Part shown: positions 63,099 to 64,000 of the stretch, one piece after another
Numbering within the stretch: the stretch's first letter is position 1
Layout of the letters: the number at the start of each line of letters is the position of its first letter
NCBI GenBank assembly: GCA_040752815.1
Contig: JBFMGC010000004.1
Location: 2,551 to 66,550, forward strand
Source of the DNA: Candidatus Zixiibacteriota bacterium
GTDB lineage: Bacteria > Zixibacteria > MSB-5A5 > GN15 > FEB-12
Length of the DNA: 64,000 nucleotides
Direction of reading: 5' to 3'
Notes under the pieces: model-generated
What the model was told of the DNA's origin: nothing
Seen by the model: the letters and a program-made list of their open reading frames with translations, nothing else
Database searches by the model: none
Made by a program: the position numbers and the translations under genes

Positions 63099-63872
63099 CT
63101 ATCTAACCGACACCCCGTGATCACTCGCCTTGCGGCGGAACTCGCGGATTTCGTCGATATCAAGCGTCACGGTGAGGATGCGCTCCGAGAACTCGTCATC
63201 GTAGCCCACGCACGCGAGCATCCCCCACGGCGCGGCAACCGATGATCGCCCCTGCAATCGTCTCCCGAACAGCACCCCCACACCGCATACTTTAACCACG
63301 TATGCACCGGAAGAGGCGGCGCCGTCGACAAAGTATCGCAAATCCCGCCCTTGCTTAGCGGCGGGAGTGTCATCCGGTCGATAGGGCGATGTGGTCGGGA
63401 CAAATATGACATCAACCTTTGCGCGGCGCATTTCCCCGTACGTTTCAGGATAGAGAACGTCACCGCAAATCATTATCCCGATCCTGACCCCGTCCACATC
63501 GAACACCAGGTTACCTGAACCCGGCTGAATCCCCTTCGCCTGCTCGCCCGGCACCGGGTACCGTTTACGGTAGCTCGCCATCAGGACTCCGTTTCGCATA
63601 ACCGGGCAGCTGTTGAACAGGCGATCCTGTTCACTTTCGACCACGGTTCCACCGATCAGACAGGTCGTCAGCTCTTCTGAAAGCCGTCGCAGATACTCCA
63701 TGTACTCATGATGCTGCAGGGCGGCGCGGTGGAAGTCGCCGATCGATTCGTCGATCAACCAATACTCGGGCAGGCAGACAAAATCGGGCCGCTGTTTGAA
63801 TATGTGGATCATGTCGGGCAGGCTGAGCCGCTTGCCCATTCTCGCCTGCACGGCGACGATTTTGGTCAGCAC
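63099..63872 (-). CDS. carbon-nitrogen hydrolase (nitrilase superfamily)
   Basis: Catalytic triad context FVCLPEYW (Glu), YRKRYP (Lys), IMICGDVLYPE (Cys). GTG start. Substrate unknown. Confidence 0.85.
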   Translation of the reverse strand: MLTKIVAVQARMGKRLSLPDMIHIFKQRPDFVCLPEYWLIDESIGDFHRAALQHHEYMEYLRRLSEELTTCLIGGTVVESEQDRLFNSCPVMRNGVLMASYRKRYPVPGEQAKGIQPGSGNLVFDVDGVRIGIMICGDVLYPETYGEMRRAKVDVIFVPTTSPYRPDDTPAAKQGRDLRYFVDGAASSGAYVVKVCGVGVLFGRRLQGRSSVAAPWGMLACVGYDDEFSERILTVTLDIDEIREFRRKASDHGVSVR

Positions 63873-64000
63873 GGAATGGGGCCTCGGATGCAGGTCATAG
63901 TAGTTGATACTGGATCAGGGCAATACGGTTCCGGAAGCAAAGGTATACTGACTTGGGATACCCAGGTCAAGCCGGGGTACGACGAAAACAATGAGCGCCC

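Noticed and set aside
63099-63872. Calling the CN-hydrolase an N-carbamoylputrescine amidase linked to the polyamine operon.
   Set aside because: Only the generic Glu-Lys-Cys nitrilase-superfamily triad is visible. The gene is 59 kb from the spe operon and no agmatine deiminase is present. Substrate assignment would be a guess.

Overview
This is a GC-rich chromosomal window from a diderm bacterium. It encodes an outer-membrane beta-barrel, Lnt, two proteins with T9SS-type C-terminal sorting domains and a PorX-like REC-PglZ regulator. That suggests an FCB-superphylum-like or related candidate lineage, but the taxonomic call is inference only. About 50 genes are supported. (1) 200-4058 (+): a five-gene polyamine operon of XRE-cupin regulator, speH, an ODC-like decarboxylase, speE and a class-I GATase, behind a consensus promoter with AT-rich palindromes. 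(2) An OMP gene, mazG and valS. (3) 23509-10665 (-): an 11-gene, almost gap-free array of serS, a PorY-like HK, a PorX-like RR, tsaE, tsaB, rimI, accD, folC (frameshifted in a 9-nt homopolymer), a GAF-HK, a REC-GAF-GAF-HK and an NtrC-type activator. It is followed by a near-consensus sigma-54 promoter and a 149-aa degenerate-GGDEF gene. (4) rpmB. (5) 40481-24150 (-): a complete dcw cluster, mraZ-rsmH-ftsL-ftsI-murE-murF-mraY-murD-ftsW-murG-murC-ftsQ-ftsA-ftsZ. (6) A gingipain-like C25 peptidase converges on a translationally coupled operon of lnt, a beta-propeller T9SS cargo, a FemAB-like transferase and three glycosyltransferases. (7) apgM, purM, a DsbD-alpha-like lipoprotein, a thioredoxin-fold protein, maeB, a rhomboid, a large M23 peptidase, ppiD and a CN-hydrolase. 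No rRNA, tRNA, CRISPR array, transposase or integrase was recognised. The most interesting items are the sigma-54/degenerate-GGDEF output of the soluble kinase cascade, the co-encoded PorXY-like pair, the lnt-led glycosylation operon flanked by T9SS cargo, the folC homopolymer frameshift, and at least three families of short intergenic palindromic (REP-like) repeats. All calls come from reading the sequence and the ORF translations. No database search was run.
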